Below are positions 1 through 10,137 of a DNA stretch of 64,000 nucleotides, piece by piece. A program made the translations under genes and the position numbers. Positions within the stretch are counted from its first letter, which is position 1; each line of letters begins with the position of its first letter. The DNA comes from Planctomycetota bacterium (lineage in GTDB: Bacteria > Planctomycetota > JAJSAM01 > JAJVHW01): contig CBDFJG010000001.1 of the NCBI GenBank assembly GCA_965248445.1, positions 288,001 through 352,000 on the forward strand, in the 5' to 3' direction. The notes beneath the pieces were generated by a model. That model made no database searches and was not told where the DNA came from. It was given only the letters and a program-made list of their open reading frames with translations.

Positions 1-379
1 GCGATCGCGGCAGCGCACACGAGTTTGGCTGACCCTGTGGGATGACCAAATCGTAGTTCGGCCAGAGCCCGGCGTTGTTGAAGACTGCCTTCAGGCCCTT
101 CTCGTGCCAGAGCTCCGGGCAGCCCCAATCGCCCGCACGAACGGCCCTCACTGTGCCCGCGAGCCACTCTCCCTCTCGAGAATACTCGGCTGCGGTCCAC
201 GGCTTCGGGCCGTAGTACGACCGCCTCCGCTGCCTCGTCCAGGTTGTAGGGGTTGCACGAGGCGGAAGAAGCGCGAGTCTCAGGCACTCCCACGTGTGGT
301 CCTCCCTGGATCGTGCAGTTAGCATAGCAGTACCTGAGAGGTGCGCCGCCGAACCGGTGTGTACGACACGGGACGCACC

Positions 380-615
380 CCCGCGCACGTGCCCCGGCTC
401 AGGGACATCACGGAGGTGGCGTGCGCAAGCGGCCTCAGTTTCTACGCGCTCCGTCGCGAGGGTGCCCTGTTCGCCGGGGGTTTGAACGATGCCGGTGAGC
501 TGGGCGACCGGACCAGGATCTCGCGGAGGCGCCCAGTCGCTGTGCACGTTCCGCCGGTGAAGCGACTCTTCGTCGGTCCGTCTCCGGTCCATGTGCTCGC
601 TACGAAGGGGCAGGG
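380..615 (+). pseudogene. RCC1/BLIP-II repeat gene fragment
   Basis: Frame of ORF 341..958 reads ITEVACASGLSFYALRREGALFAGGLNDAGELGDRT...PVAV, which resembles one RCC1 repeat. There is no credible start or continuation. Confidence 0.45.
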
Positions 616-1046
616 TTGCGTGGCCTATTTGTCATGTATCGCTCACGACACACATGCCAGCCCCGCAGGGCTACCCAGCCACGCCCACGACCCTGGGAGA
701 GCACATTCGCAAGTGCCGACTGGATCGAGGAGAGCTCCAGAGAGAGGCTGCCAGCCACATCGGCGTGAGCCCGTTCACCCTGATGAACTGGGAGTTGGGC
801 CACCGTCAACCCAGGTTGGAACATCGCCCTTCCATAGATACGTACCTCGGTTACTGCTTGGTGGAGCCGGCGACCAGGCTGGGCGAGCGACTGGCTCGCT
901 GGCGTCGTGCCAACGGCGTCTCCCGGAAGGCGCTGGCAACCGAACTGGGCCTCGATGACAGTACGCTCTGGCGGCTGGAGACTGGGATCACCCGGCAGGC
1001 CACGGTCTCGGTGCGCGCTGCGATCAGAGAACTGCTTGGCAACTGA
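591..1046 (+). CDS. XRE-family transcriptional regulator with two HTH domains (start uncertain; ATG at 654 possible)
   Basis: Two Cro/CI-type HTH units: LGEHIRKCRLDRGELQREAASHIGVSPFTLMNWE and LGERLARWRRANGVSRKALATELGLDDSTLWRLE. Confidence 0.75.
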   Translation: MCSLRRGRVAWPICHVSLTTHMPAPQGYPATPTTLGEHIRKCRLDRGELQREAASHIGVSPFTLMNWELGHRQPRLEHRPSIDTYLGYCLVEPATRLGERLARWRRANGVSRKALATELGLDDSTLWRLETGITRQATVSVRAAIRELLGN

Positions 1047-1119
1047 GCCGCCACTTGGCGCTGGCGGCGCGTTATCATCGCTCGGGAGGAAGGAGGGCAG
1101 GCGGATGCCCAAACCCAAG

Positions 1120-2619
1120 GTAACCGTTCACCCCTTGACAGCGTGTGAGCCTCAGCGTGCGAGGGGCAGCGGGACCATGACGGGCGGGTCGGCGCCGGTG
1201 AGGTGCGCGGCGACCGAGTCGGCGAGGAAGTCGAAGACTTGGTCGCCACGGCGTCGCAGCGTGGCCGCGGCGGTCAACACGCGCTCGGCGAAGCGGAGTC
1301 CGCGAGCGGACTGGCTTCCGAAGGAGCCCTTGCGCCAGAGCACCGCTTTGCGGACCGCGCGCTCGGCGGCGTTGTTGGTCGGACTCACGTCCTGGGTCCG
1401 CGCATAGGTGAAGAGGGCGACCACGCGGGGGCGCAGATGGTTGGCCAGAGCCGAGTCGTCGTTCGCGATCAGTCGCTCGAGCCGTCCGCGCAGCACAGCG
1501 GCTTCGCCTTGCAGCCGGTCACGGTCGCCGTGCTCACCGAAGAGCCGGTAGCTGCGCATGACCGACTGCGCGATCATGACGCCCTTGTTGCCGAAGCGGC
1601 GATGTCCTCGCGGGCCTTCGGCCAGCGCACGGAAGGCGCGCTCGATGTGCGCCCAGCAGAGCTGGCGGCGGGCAAGTGGGTGTGACTCGTAGGCACCCAT
1701 CCGGTCGCTGATCACCGTGCCACCGAAGCGCCGCCCGATCAGCCGCCCTTTCGCCTTGGCACTGCGGCGGCGATCGATCCCGAAGGCTGTGGCGTGCTCG
1801 CTCTCCGCCGCCCACAGCCAGCACACCCGGCCCCGTTCCTTCCACGACGTCTCGTCCACGTTGGCTCGCAGCGACGTGCGGACTGCCCCGAGGGCTTCGA
1901 GGTACGACGAGTGCAGAGCGTCACTGAGCCGACGCTCACAGTCGCTGATCTTGCCCAGCGACATCTTCACACCGAAGATCTCACCGAGCAGCCGCTGCGT
2001 CTCCCGCACGCTCACGCGGTACACGCCGCGCAGCGCGCCGGCAAGTGTGGTCAGCCGCGGACCGAAGGCCCCGGTCGGCACGCCATCGGGCAGGACCGCC
2101 GTCGTGACCGCACGACAGCGCCGGCACCGCGCCTTGTGCAGCCGGTGCTCCCGCACCGTGACGAGCACGCGCGGGAGCACCGTCACCTGGTGCCGGTACG
2201 GATCGCCGATGCCCTGCTCGAGATCGTCGTGTCCGCACGCGTCGCAGAGGTCGGGACGGTGCTCCTTGGTCTCATCGACGTTGGACGGATCCACCAGCTC
2301 GCGCGCCGTGCCCTCATGGCCCGGCTGTCCGCCCTGCTTGCGACCGCTACGCGGCCTTCGGCCGCGACGGCGCTTGGACCACGCCGGGTCCGACGACGGA
2401 GGCCTCGAGCTGTTGCGGGAGTCACGCTTCAGACGCGACTCGAGCTCGTCGATGCGGCGCAGATGCTTCGCTTCGCGACGCTCCAGCTCCTCGATCCAGG
2501 CCAGAAGGCCCTCGACCATCGCCCGCAGATCCTCGTCCTGCCGCTCGCCCACAACATCTTGATCGACCGATGGCCGAACGATCTGGATCCTGGCTCGCGA
2601 CGAAGGGGTGAACGGTTAC
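1120..2619 (-). mobile_element. IS66-family insertion sequence (single-ORF, ISBst12-like organisation)
   Basis: Perfect 17-bp terminal inverted repeats GTAACCGTTCACCCCTT at 1120-1136 and 2603-2619 (GTAA ends are typical of IS66) bracket one transposase. No target-site duplication. Confidence 0.93.
1152..2552 (-). CDS. tnpC: IS66 DDE transposase (TnpC-like)
   Basis: Leucine zipper, NSSRPPSSD, GGQPGHEG, CxxC...CxxC zinc finger, VDETSW, QLCWAH and PTNNAAERAVR motifs. Confidence 0.93.
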   Translation of the reverse strand: MGERQDEDLRAMVEGLLAWIEELERREAKHLRRIDELESRLKRDSRNSSRPPSSDPAWSKRRRGRRPRSGRKQGGQPGHEGTARELVDPSNVDETKEHRPDLCDACGHDDLEQGIGDPYRHQVTVLPRVLVTVREHRLHKARCRRCRAVTTAVLPDGVPTGAFGPRLTTLAGALRGVYRVSVRETQRLLGEIFGVKMSLGKISDCERRLSDALHSSYLEALGAVRTSLRANVDETSWKERGRVCWLWAAESEHATAFGIDRRRSAKAKGRLIGRRFGGTVISDRMGAYESHPLARRQLCWAHIERAFRALAEGPRGHRRFGNKGVMIAQSVMRSYRLFGEHGDRDRLQGEAAVLRGRLERLIANDDSALANHLRPRVVALFTYARTQDVSPTNNAAERAVRKAVLWRKGSFGSQSARGLRFAERVLTAAATLRRRGDQVFDFLADSVAAHLTGADPPVMVPLPLAR

Positions 2620-3010
2620 GGAACGCCGCGGTGTCCGCGCGGTCGAGCGCCTCGTAGATCGCGTCGTCGTACTCGAGCAGGATGTCGTCGAGGAGTGACG
2701 AGTACTCACTGTCGCCGTCCAACTCGGCGAGACCCGATCGGGCGAGAACCGTGGCCAGCTTGACCGCGATCTTGCCTTCGCGCCGGAGAGAGTTACGCGG
2801 CTTGCCGACCAGCTTGACGACCTTGCGTAGCGCGCGGAGCTGCCGGCGCTCCTGCCCGGTCAGCTCTCCCTGCGCCTCGAAGTCGGCGATTCCGAGCGCG
2901 GACTCCGCCGCCAGATCCTCGAATGCGATGTCGAGGTCGTCGGCGAACGCAGCCGGCGCCGAGGTGACGAGTGCGATGGCAGACGCGACGAGAACTGTGC
3001 GCACGAGCAT
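2620..3010 (-). pseudogene. secreted protein truncated by IS66
   Basis: Signal peptide MLVRTVLVASAIALVTSAPAAFA with a GGGAG RBS. The frame runs into the IS end at 2619. Confidence 0.7.
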
Positions 3011-3134
3011 GGGTCTCTCCCTCCCCGGACGCGCAGCCTGCGCCGGGGGGTCTCAGACCTGGGAATCGGGAGGCCCGGCGCACCGGTTTAGCGCGCTGGG
3101 CCTGCGAAGGCCGCGCAGCCTCGGCTCGTGCCGC

Positions 3135-4298
3135 TTACTTCAGGGCCTTCTTGATCGTGTCGCGCACGATCTCCAGATCGACCGGCGCGCGTCGATTGAT
3201 CGTGTGCGCGAGCAACAGCCTGCCGTCCTTGCCGCGGATCAGGATGAACGGCAGCGCCGACACACCGAGCGTGAGGAGCGCATCGCGGTCCTTGGTGAAC
3301 GCGAGCTGTCCCGTGAACCCGTACTGGTCGGCGTACGACACGCCGAAGTCGCGCTCCGCCTCCGGCGACATGCCCTCCTCGACAAATCCTGTGTCCGGAT
3401 CCTTCTTGTAGTACGTCGATACGCCCAGCACGGTCACGCCGTCCTTGGGCGGGAACTCGTCCCACAGCGACTGCAGCGTCTCCATCGTCCACTGCAGCGA
3501 CGCGGCGCTGACGTTCCAGAATCCCATCACGACCACCCGGCCCTCGAGGTCTGGCGCCTCGCCGCCCGTGAATGCGTCGAATTCGAACGCGATCTGCTCG
3601 CCATGCTTCTTCGTGATCGCGAGCAGGACGTCGCGCGCGGGACTGTGGCCGGCCTCCCCGGAGATCTCGATGGCGTACTCCACCGCCGCCACGGCCTTCT
3701 CCTTCTCGCCGACCATGAGCCACGAGTTGACGAGCGACTTGAGTGCGGCCGCGTTCTTCATCTTGAGCGCAACGTCGAGAGCCTGGGCGGACTTGGTCCA
3801 CTCCTTCTCGGCGCGCAGCCCCAGACCGAGCGACATGGCGGCGATCTTCAGGTTCTTCTCGCCTTCGTACGTGCCCTTCATCTCCTCGAAGTACGTGAAT
3901 GCCTTGCGGGCCTGGCCGCCCGCGATGAGGGCGCGCACGTAGAAGAGGAAGATGGTCGATGGGTAGGCCGTCTTCCCCTTGTGGGCGATGGCCTTCTCGA
4001 GCGTCGCGATCGCTTCGGTGTGCATTCCGCCGAGGCTCTGCATGCGGCCGAGGATTGCGGTGTTCATCTTGGACAGTTCTTTGGTGCTGAGCGCGGCGCT
4101 CTTCGACCGGACGAAGTCTTCGAGCTTCTTCTGCGCCGCAGCGCGCGCCTCCTCGGTCGCAGCCCGTTTCACGGTCTTCGCGAGGGCGTTGGCTTCCTTG
4201 TATGCGTCATTGGCCTCGGAGGCGTGCGCAGGAGTTGCGCTCAGGAGCAGTGCGAACACGGCGAGTAGCGCGAGACGGGTCAGCTTGAGCATGGTCAC
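3135..4298 (-). CDS. exported helical/TPR-like plus TlpA-like redoxin-fold protein lacking CxxC
   Basis: Signal peptide, helical N-half, then DLEGRVVVMGFWNVSAASL...VTVLGVS...LGVSALPFILIRGKDG. Confidence 0.75.
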   Translation of the reverse strand: MTMLKLTRLALLAVFALLLSATPAHASEANDAYKEANALAKTVKRAATEEARAAAQKKLEDFVRSKSAALSTKELSKMNTAILGRMQSLGGMHTEAIATLEKAIAHKGKTAYPSTIFLFYVRALIAGGQARKAFTYFEEMKGTYEGEKNLKIAAMSLGLGLRAEKEWTKSAQALDVALKMKNAAALKSLVNSWLMVGEKEKAVAAVEYAIEISGEAGHSPARDVLLAITKKHGEQIAFEFDAFTGGEAPDLEGRVVVMGFWNVSAASLQWTMETLQSLWDEFPPKDGVTVLGVSTYYKKDPDTGFVEEGMSPEAERDFGVSYADQYGFTGQLAFTKDRDALLTLGVSALPFILIRGKDGRLLLAHTINRRAPVDLEIVRDTIKKALK

Positions 4299-4430
4299 CT
4301 CCGGTCAGGGCCGCCGGCGCCGACGCTACCAGAGCCGGCGCGGCGGTCGAACGATCCGAACGGATCGAAGCGGCACAGGATCGGAGTCCCATCCCGTAGC
4401 CTCGCCGCGCCCGCCACGAGGAGGACCCCG

Positions 4431-6494
4431 ATGACTCTCACGCGCATCTGCTTCATTGCCGGGGCTGCCGCACTGGCACTTCTCGCCACGCCCGCCGGAG
4501 CGCAGGACACGCCCGGTCTTACGGTTCAGGACGTCGCGCGCACCCGTTCCGTCGGATCGGCGCTCATCTCCCCGGATGGCAAGCTCATCGCGTACACGCT
4601 GAACGTGCCGCGCGACATCACCACCGAGGACGACGGACCGCAGTGGACGGAGCTGCACCTGATCGGGTCCGACGGTTCGAGCCGCGCGTTTGTGAGCGGC
4701 CAGGTGAACGTCGGCGGCGTGCAGTGGGCCGGCGACAGCACCCGGATCTCCTTCCTTACGAAGAGGGAGAAGGACGAGGCCGGCGCCCTCTACGTGATCG
4801 ACGTCACCGGCGGCGAGGCACAGAAGGTCTTCGAGTTCGACGGGGGCATCGGCAGCTACACGTGGCGACCCGGCGGCATGGAGATCGCGTTCATCTCCGC
4901 CGGCCCGGAGCCGGAGGAGCGCAAGAAGCAGAAGGAGAAGGGCTTCAGCCAGGAGATCTACGAGGAGGACCGGCTGGCTCCCGCGCTGTGGATCGCGGAA
5001 GTCGGTGACGACGCCGCGGAGCCGCGCAAGCTGGAACTGCCGGGGTTCCCGTCCGACCCGTCGTGGAGCCCGGACGGCGGTCGGCTCGCGGTCGCGCTCG
5101 CGCCGACGCCGCACATCGACGACAGCTACATGCGTCGCAAGTTCCACATCGTGAGCGCGGACTCCGGCAGCGTCGCGGCGAAGTTCGACACGCCGGGCAA
5201 GATCGGATCGCTCACGTGGAGCCCGGATGGGACGCAGATCGCATTGATCGCGTCGGAGACGCTGCACGATCCGTCACCGGGCCGGCTGTACCTCGCCCCG
5301 GCTGCCGGGGGCGCGCTGGACGAGCTGCTGCCGGGGCTGCTCGGACACGTGCGCTCGGCCGTCTGGTCGAGCGACACGACGATCGACTTCCTTGCGGACA
5401 AGGACGTCAGCACACACCTTGGCGAGATCGATCTCGCCGCTGACCGCGTCGAGGGCCAGCGCAAGATCCGCTGGCAGGCCACATCACCCGCGATCGTCGG
5501 TTCGATCTCGATCTCCGAAGACGGCGCCGCACACGCGCTCGTTGCCGACTCCCCCGCCCACACCTCCGAGGTGTTCGGCTGCGGGCGAGACCTCGCGCCC
5601 CGCCGCCTGACGGTCAGCAACCCGTGGCTCACGGACGTGCGGCTCGCGCGGCAGGAGGTGGTCGAGTACGTCGCGCGGGACGGGCTGGCGCTCCAGGGCA
5701 TCCTGATCCGGCCGCTCGACGAACAGCCCGAAACGCGGTATCCGCTGGTCGTCGTCGTGCACGGCGGACCGGAGTCGCACTACCGCAACGGCTGGGTGAC
5801 CTGGTACGCGAGCGGCGGGCAGGCATTGGCCGCCAAGGGCTACGCGGTCTTCTATCCGAACTACCGGGCGAGCACCGGCCGCGGCGTCGAGTTCTCGATG
5901 CTCGACCACGGGGACATGGCCGGGAAGGAGTTCGACGACCTCGTGGACGGCGTCGACCACCTCGTGAAGTCGGGTCTCGTCGATCGCAAGAAGGTGGGCG
6001 TAACGGGCGGCTCGTACGGCGGGTACGCGAGCGCATGGTGCGCAACGGCGCTGACGGAGCACTTCGCCGCTTCGGTGATGAGCGTCGGTCTCTCGGACCA
6101 GGTATCGTTCGCGGGCACGACGGACATCCCCAACGAGATGGTCCTCGTGCACTACCGCGTCCGTCCCTGGGAGGACTGGGATCTGTACCGCGAGCGCAGC
6201 CCGATCTACCACACACCGACCGCGCGCACTCCCATCCTGATCCTCCACGGCAAGGAGGACACGCGCGTGCACCCGAGTCAGTCACTCGAGCTCTACCGCT
6301 ACCTGAAGGTGCTCGGCAAGACTCCGGTGCGGCTCGTGCTCTACCCGGGCGAGGGACACGGCAATCGTCGCGCCGCCTCGCGTCTGGACTACTCGCTGCG
6401 CCTGTTCCGCTGGATGGACCACTACCTCAAGGGGCCGGGCGGCGACCCGCCGCCGTACGAGCTCGACTACGGAATGGACGAGGAGTCCGATTGA
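4431..6494 (+). CDS. S9 family (prolyl oligo-/acylaminoacyl) peptidase, secreted
   Basis: RBS GAGGAGG, signal peptide, WSPDG propeller repeats, HGGP, GGSYGG nucleophile, HGKEDTRV and YPGEGHG. Confidence 0.93.
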   Translation: MTLTRICFIAGAAALALLATPAGAQDTPGLTVQDVARTRSVGSALISPDGKLIAYTLNVPRDITTEDDGPQWTELHLIGSDGSSRAFVSGQVNVGGVQWAGDSTRISFLTKREKDEAGALYVIDVTGGEAQKVFEFDGGIGSYTWRPGGMEIAFISAGPEPEERKKQKEKGFSQEIYEEDRLAPALWIAEVGDDAAEPRKLELPGFPSDPSWSPDGGRLAVALAPTPHIDDSYMRRKFHIVSADSGSVAAKFDTPGKIGSLTWSPDGTQIALIASETLHDPSPGRLYLAPAAGGALDELLPGLLGHVRSAVWSSDTTIDFLADKDVSTHLGEIDLAADRVEGQRKIRWQATSPAIVGSISISEDGAAHALVADSPAHTSEVFGCGRDLAPRRLTVSNPWLTDVRLARQEVVEYVARDGLALQGILIRPLDEQPETRYPLVVVVHGGPESHYRNGWVTWYASGGQALAAKGYAVFYPNYRASTGRGVEFSMLDHGDMAGKEFDDLVDGVDHLVKSGLVDRKKVGVTGGSYGGYASAWCATALTEHFAASVMSVGLSDQVSFAGTTDIPNEMVLVHYRVRPWEDWDLYRERSPIYHTPTARTPILILHGKEDTRVHPSQSLELYRYLKVLGKTPVRLVLYPGEGHGNRRAASRLDYSLRLFRWMDHYLKGPGGDPPPYELDYGMDEESD

Positions 6495-7507
6495 CCGGCG
6501 ACGCGGACGACCCGCCGCGACGGCGCTCGTTGCGCGCAAAGCTCCTCCTCTGCGGCGCTTCGCTCGTGATCGCTCTCCTGCTGGCCGAGCTATCGGTCCG
6601 CGCCCTCGGCATCGGCGCGTTTCACGAGCCGCGACGGTCGTTCTACGGATTCAAGACGTACCCCGGCACGGAGGCTTGGGGTTTCGAACCCGGCGCTGAC
6701 GCGTGGTTCTCGTGGGCCGGCGATCCGTACGACAACTTGCCGGCCGACGGGCAGATGGTCGTGACGCTCAACGAGTTCGGCCTGCGCGGCGCCGAGCCGC
6801 CCGCCGGTTACCCGGCCACGCTGTTCCTCGGCGACTCGTTCACATTCGGCGAGGGCGTGCCTCTTGATCACACGTTCGTGCGCCGAGTCGAGAGCGCGCT
6901 CGAACCGGAGGGACGGGTGTGTGTGAACGCGGGTGTGCCGGGATTCGGAACGCCCCAGCAGGCCGCCCGCCTGCCCACCTGGCTCGAGGACTTTCGGCCG
7001 AAGTCGGTCGTGCTCGTCTTCGTGCTGAACGACCCCATCCCGTTCGAGGACTCGAAGAACCGCGACGGGGACTTCATGAAGACATCCGGCCGGGAACCAT
7101 CCGCCCTCCGGCTCGTGGAGTTGTTTCGGGGCGTTGCGCGCACCGGCAAGACCGAAGAGTGGTATCGCTCGTTCTACGCCGGCGAGCGAGAGGATGCGTG
7201 GGCACGCTCGCGCGCACTGATCGGCGACATGCACGCCATGTGCACCGAGGCGAACGCCCGCTTCGGTGTCGCGCTGTTCCCGCTCCTCCACCGCGTCTCG
7301 AACAGCCCGTTTGCGCCGCTGCACGAGATGGTCCGAGAAGCATGCCGCGAGATGGAGATTCCGTACGTGGACCTGACGCCTGCGCTCCGGGACTCAGGCG
7401 ATTCCGAGCTGTGGGTCCACCCCGCAGACCACCATCCCAGCAGACGCGCGCACGAACTGGTGTCGAGGCCGCTCACGGACTTCGTGAAGGCGCTCCACCA
7501 GGACTGA
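6491..7507 (+). CDS. SGNH/GDSL hydrolase-like membrane-anchored protein
   Basis: TTG start overlapping the upstream TGA, N-terminal TM, LGDSFTFG, NAGVPG, FVLND and DHHP. Confidence 0.85.
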   Translation: MTGDADDPPRRRSLRAKLLLCGASLVIALLLAELSVRALGIGAFHEPRRSFYGFKTYPGTEAWGFEPGADAWFSWAGDPYDNLPADGQMVVTLNEFGLRGAEPPAGYPATLFLGDSFTFGEGVPLDHTFVRRVESALEPEGRVCVNAGVPGFGTPQQAARLPTWLEDFRPKSVVLVFVLNDPIPFEDSKNRDGDFMKTSGREPSALRLVELFRGVARTGKTEEWYRSFYAGEREDAWARSRALIGDMHAMCTEANARFGVALFPLLHRVSNSPFAPLHEMVREACREMEIPYVDLTPALRDSGDSELWVHPADHHPSRRAHELVSRPLTDFVKALHQD

Positions 7508-7547
7508 CAGCACGCAGATCGCGGTCCTGTCCGTAGGAGGCCCCGCC

Positions 7548-9044
7548 GTGAACTACGAGACATCCTTGGCGTACCCCTTGCGGTTGTTCTCCCGCGTCAT
7601 CGGAATACTGATCGTCATCCTCATCACCGCGACGGCAATCGACCTCTGGTACTCCGGTGTGCGGCTGGACGAGCTGTCCGCGTCACCTCTCCAGATGCGT
7701 ACGCTGACGTCGACAGTCTCGCGCGCGTTCAACAACCTGATGGCGATGGTGATGGCCTTCATCGCCCTCGCGGTCCCGCTCACGGCGAACATGTACACGC
7801 CGAAGCTGGTCGAGATCTTCCTGCGAGACCGCGTCAACGTCGTCGTGCTGCTGTTCTTCGCGGTGCTCGGCGCCCACGCTCTCTTCGTGCAGGCGATCTT
7901 GTTCGACCAGTGGACTCCGGGCGTGCACCTCGCCGTCTCCACGGGCGCCATCGTTCTCGGGTACACGATTCTCGTTCCGTACTACTTCTACGTGCTCGGG
8001 TTCCTGGATCCTGACCGGATCATCGAACGCGTGAGCGCGCGCGTCACCGACGAGTACCCAGCGATCGTCGCCGGAGAGCGCGACGATGCGACGGCACGCA
8101 CGCGGCTGCACGACCGGGTCGAGAACCTCGGCAACATCATCCTGCGCGCGATCGGCCGCGCCGACCGCGACGTCGCGCTCTCGGCGATCAGGTCGCTCCG
8201 TAAAGCGATCGACAGCTACCACGAGATCAAGCCCACGATCGGCGACTCGTGGTTCGAAGTGGATCGCGATCTGTTCGTTGGCCTGTCCACCGAGGCGATC
8301 GAGCTGATGCAGCGCGATCGAACGTGGGTCGAGCACGAGCGTCTCTCCCAGCTCCGGCTCGCGTACCGCTCCGCGCTGGCGACGATGCCGGACGTGGTCA
8401 GCGCCATCTCGAACGTGACGCGTGAAGTGGCGGTGCTGGCGGCCTCTCGCAACGACCGGCAGCTCGTAACGCTGTGTGTCAGGTTCTTCAACACGTTCTT
8501 GCGCGCAGGCATCCGGAACGCGGACGTGCACGCGATCTACGACGTCTTCCACCAGTACCGCCAGCTCGCGCGCGAACTCCTGAACACGCACCCCGACATC
8601 GCGATCGAAATCGGACGCCACTTTCTCTACTACGCGCGGTTCGCGCACTTCCAGAAGATGCCGTTCGTTCACGAGCTCGCCGCACAGGAGGTGTCGGAGA
8701 TCGCGCGAAGCGCCTACGACTGCGATGCGGAGGGACGCCGAGAACTGATCGAGGTCTTCCTCGCGTTCGGAGACGACATCGAGTCGTCGCGGAAAGAGAC
8801 CGCCGGCGCTGTGCTCGCGGGCTACTTCGATGGGCGCGACCTCACCGAGCAGAGGGACGCGGTCCTGCACTCGCTCCGTAACGCCAGTGCCGACATGCTG
8901 AGTGAGGCGCGCAAGCGGCTGATCGGTTGCGACAACCCGATCTTCTGGGAGGTCACCGACCGCCAGAAGAACCTCGACTACGTCGAACCCGGACTTCGCG
9001 CCAACGCCATCAGGGTCTTGGACGACCTCATCGCGCAGAGCTAA
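7548..9044 (+). CDS. DUF2254-like membrane protein
   Basis: RBS AGGAGG, four N-terminal TM segments with YTPKLVEIFLRD, and a helical C-terminal region. Confidence 0.7.
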   Translation: MNYETSLAYPLRLFSRVIGILIVILITATAIDLWYSGVRLDELSASPLQMRTLTSTVSRAFNNLMAMVMAFIALAVPLTANMYTPKLVEIFLRDRVNVVVLLFFAVLGAHALFVQAILFDQWTPGVHLAVSTGAIVLGYTILVPYYFYVLGFLDPDRIIERVSARVTDEYPAIVAGERDDATARTRLHDRVENLGNIILRAIGRADRDVALSAIRSLRKAIDSYHEIKPTIGDSWFEVDRDLFVGLSTEAIELMQRDRTWVEHERLSQLRLAYRSALATMPDVVSAISNVTREVAVLAASRNDRQLVTLCVRFFNTFLRAGIRNADVHAIYDVFHQYRQLARELLNTHPDIAIEIGRHFLYYARFAHFQKMPFVHELAAQEVSEIARSAYDCDAEGRRELIEVFLAFGDDIESSRKETAGAVLAGYFDGRDLTEQRDAVLHSLRNASADMLSEARKRLIGCDNPIFWEVTDRQKNLDYVEPGLRANAIRVLDDLIAQS

Positions 9045-9475
9045 CAGCCGTCGCGCTGCTCCTCCATGCGCTTCTGGATGTCCTCCGGGCTGAGCGTCTC
9101 CTTGCGCGTCGCGAGGTACCACGTGATGCCAGCCGAGTCGGTGATGGCGGCCGTGCGATCGCCGTAGAACTGATCCGCCGGCTCTTCCTTGCTCTCGCCG
9201 CCGGCGGCGACCGCCTGCGCATACATCGCGTCCACATCGGGCACGTACAGGTACAAGATGCTCTTCGTCGGTTCGTTGCCGTGGGCGCAGCCGAGCATCA
9301 CGACCGAGTCGCCGATGCGCACTTCGCCATGCAGGACGTGTCCCTCTCCCTGTTCAACGCGTTCGATGATCGTGGCGCCGAACGCAGCGACGAGGAAGTC
9401 CATGTGCCGCCCCACCTTCGGGACCATCAGGAATGGCTGCACCGTGTGATAGCCCTGTGGAACGCCGTCTGCCAT
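9041..9475 (-). CDS. VOC/glyoxalase (PhnB-like) protein
   Basis: PQGYHTVQPFL, HGEVRIGDSVVML and DQFYGDR motifs; RBS AAGGAGG. Confidence 0.9.
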   Translation of the reverse strand: MADGVPQGYHTVQPFLMVPKVGRHMDFLVAAFGATIIERVEQGEGHVLHGEVRIGDSVVMLGCAHGNEPTKSILYLYVPDVDAMYAQAVAAGGESKEEPADQFYGDRTAAITDSAGITWYLATRKETLSPEDIQKRMEEQRDGC

Positions 9476-9615
9476 CGCTGCCTCCTTCTCGCCGGACGTC
9501 GCAGACGATAGCCGCCGGGGCGCTCGCGCCGCGAACGATCGGTGTCCCGCACCAGGAGTCCCGCGTCCTCGGTAGCCTCCACGCGATGGAAGCGCTCGAT
9601 GCACCCGTTGGACCG

Positions 9616-10137
9616 ATGCGGCGCCTCGTGTCGTCCTTCCTTCTGGTCACCGTGGGCGTGCTCGGACTCAGCGGCCTCCCGAAGTACGTCGAAGCACAGG
9701 ACACGGTCCGCGACTGGATCGACCCTGCGGTCGTCGGACTCGGCCTGTGGCAGACGAGGTGGGAGCTGTACGCCCCGAGCCCCGACAGCACGAACGCCGC
9801 CATCGTGGGCGTGGTGCAGTTCGAGGACGACCTGCGGGCCGAGTGGCGGAGCCCCGACTGGCACGCCCTCTCGTGGAGAGGCAAGCTCCGCTACTTCCGC
9901 CACGCCGAGTACGTCGACGGCGCGCGGCGCAACAGCAACCCCGGGATGTGGGCGCCTCTGGCACGCCATCTCGCCCGCTCGGTGCAGCATCCGGTCGACG
10001 AGTCGGTGCGACCTGTGCGCGTCGAGCTGTGGCGGCACTGGGTCAACCTCCCCGAGCCGGAGGAGCCGCTGCGGCCGTTCGCGGATCCGTTCCCGCTCGA
10101 GAGCAAGTACCGCTTTCACGTCGAGGAACTCGATTGA
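9616..10137 (+). CDS. SdpA/DUF5819-like membrane-anchored protein
   Basis: N-terminal TM and GLWQTRWELYAPSP (WxLF/YAPxP-type motif). Translationally coupled to the HTTM gene. Confidence 0.6.
   Translation: MRRLVSSFLLVTVGVLGLSGLPKYVEAQDTVRDWIDPAVVGLGLWQTRWELYAPSPDSTNAAIVGVVQFEDDLRAEWRSPDWHALSWRGKLRYFRHAEYVDGARRNSNPGMWAPLARHLARSVQHPVDESVRPVRVELWRHWVNLPEPEEPLRPFADPFPLESKYRFHVEELD

Noticed and set aside
1..1119. Prophage or ICE boundary suggested by the XRE regulator
   Set aside because: No integrase, att site, tRNA or phage structural gene is visible within the window.
2682..4268. Long antisense or alternative-frame ORFs (also 7683-9122, 20369-22072, 30828-32495, 38070-40094, 42315-43700)
   Set aside because: Shadow ORFs typical of high-GC DNA. 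They overlap motif-supported genes and have Arg/Ala/Pro-biased or mirror-codon composition.
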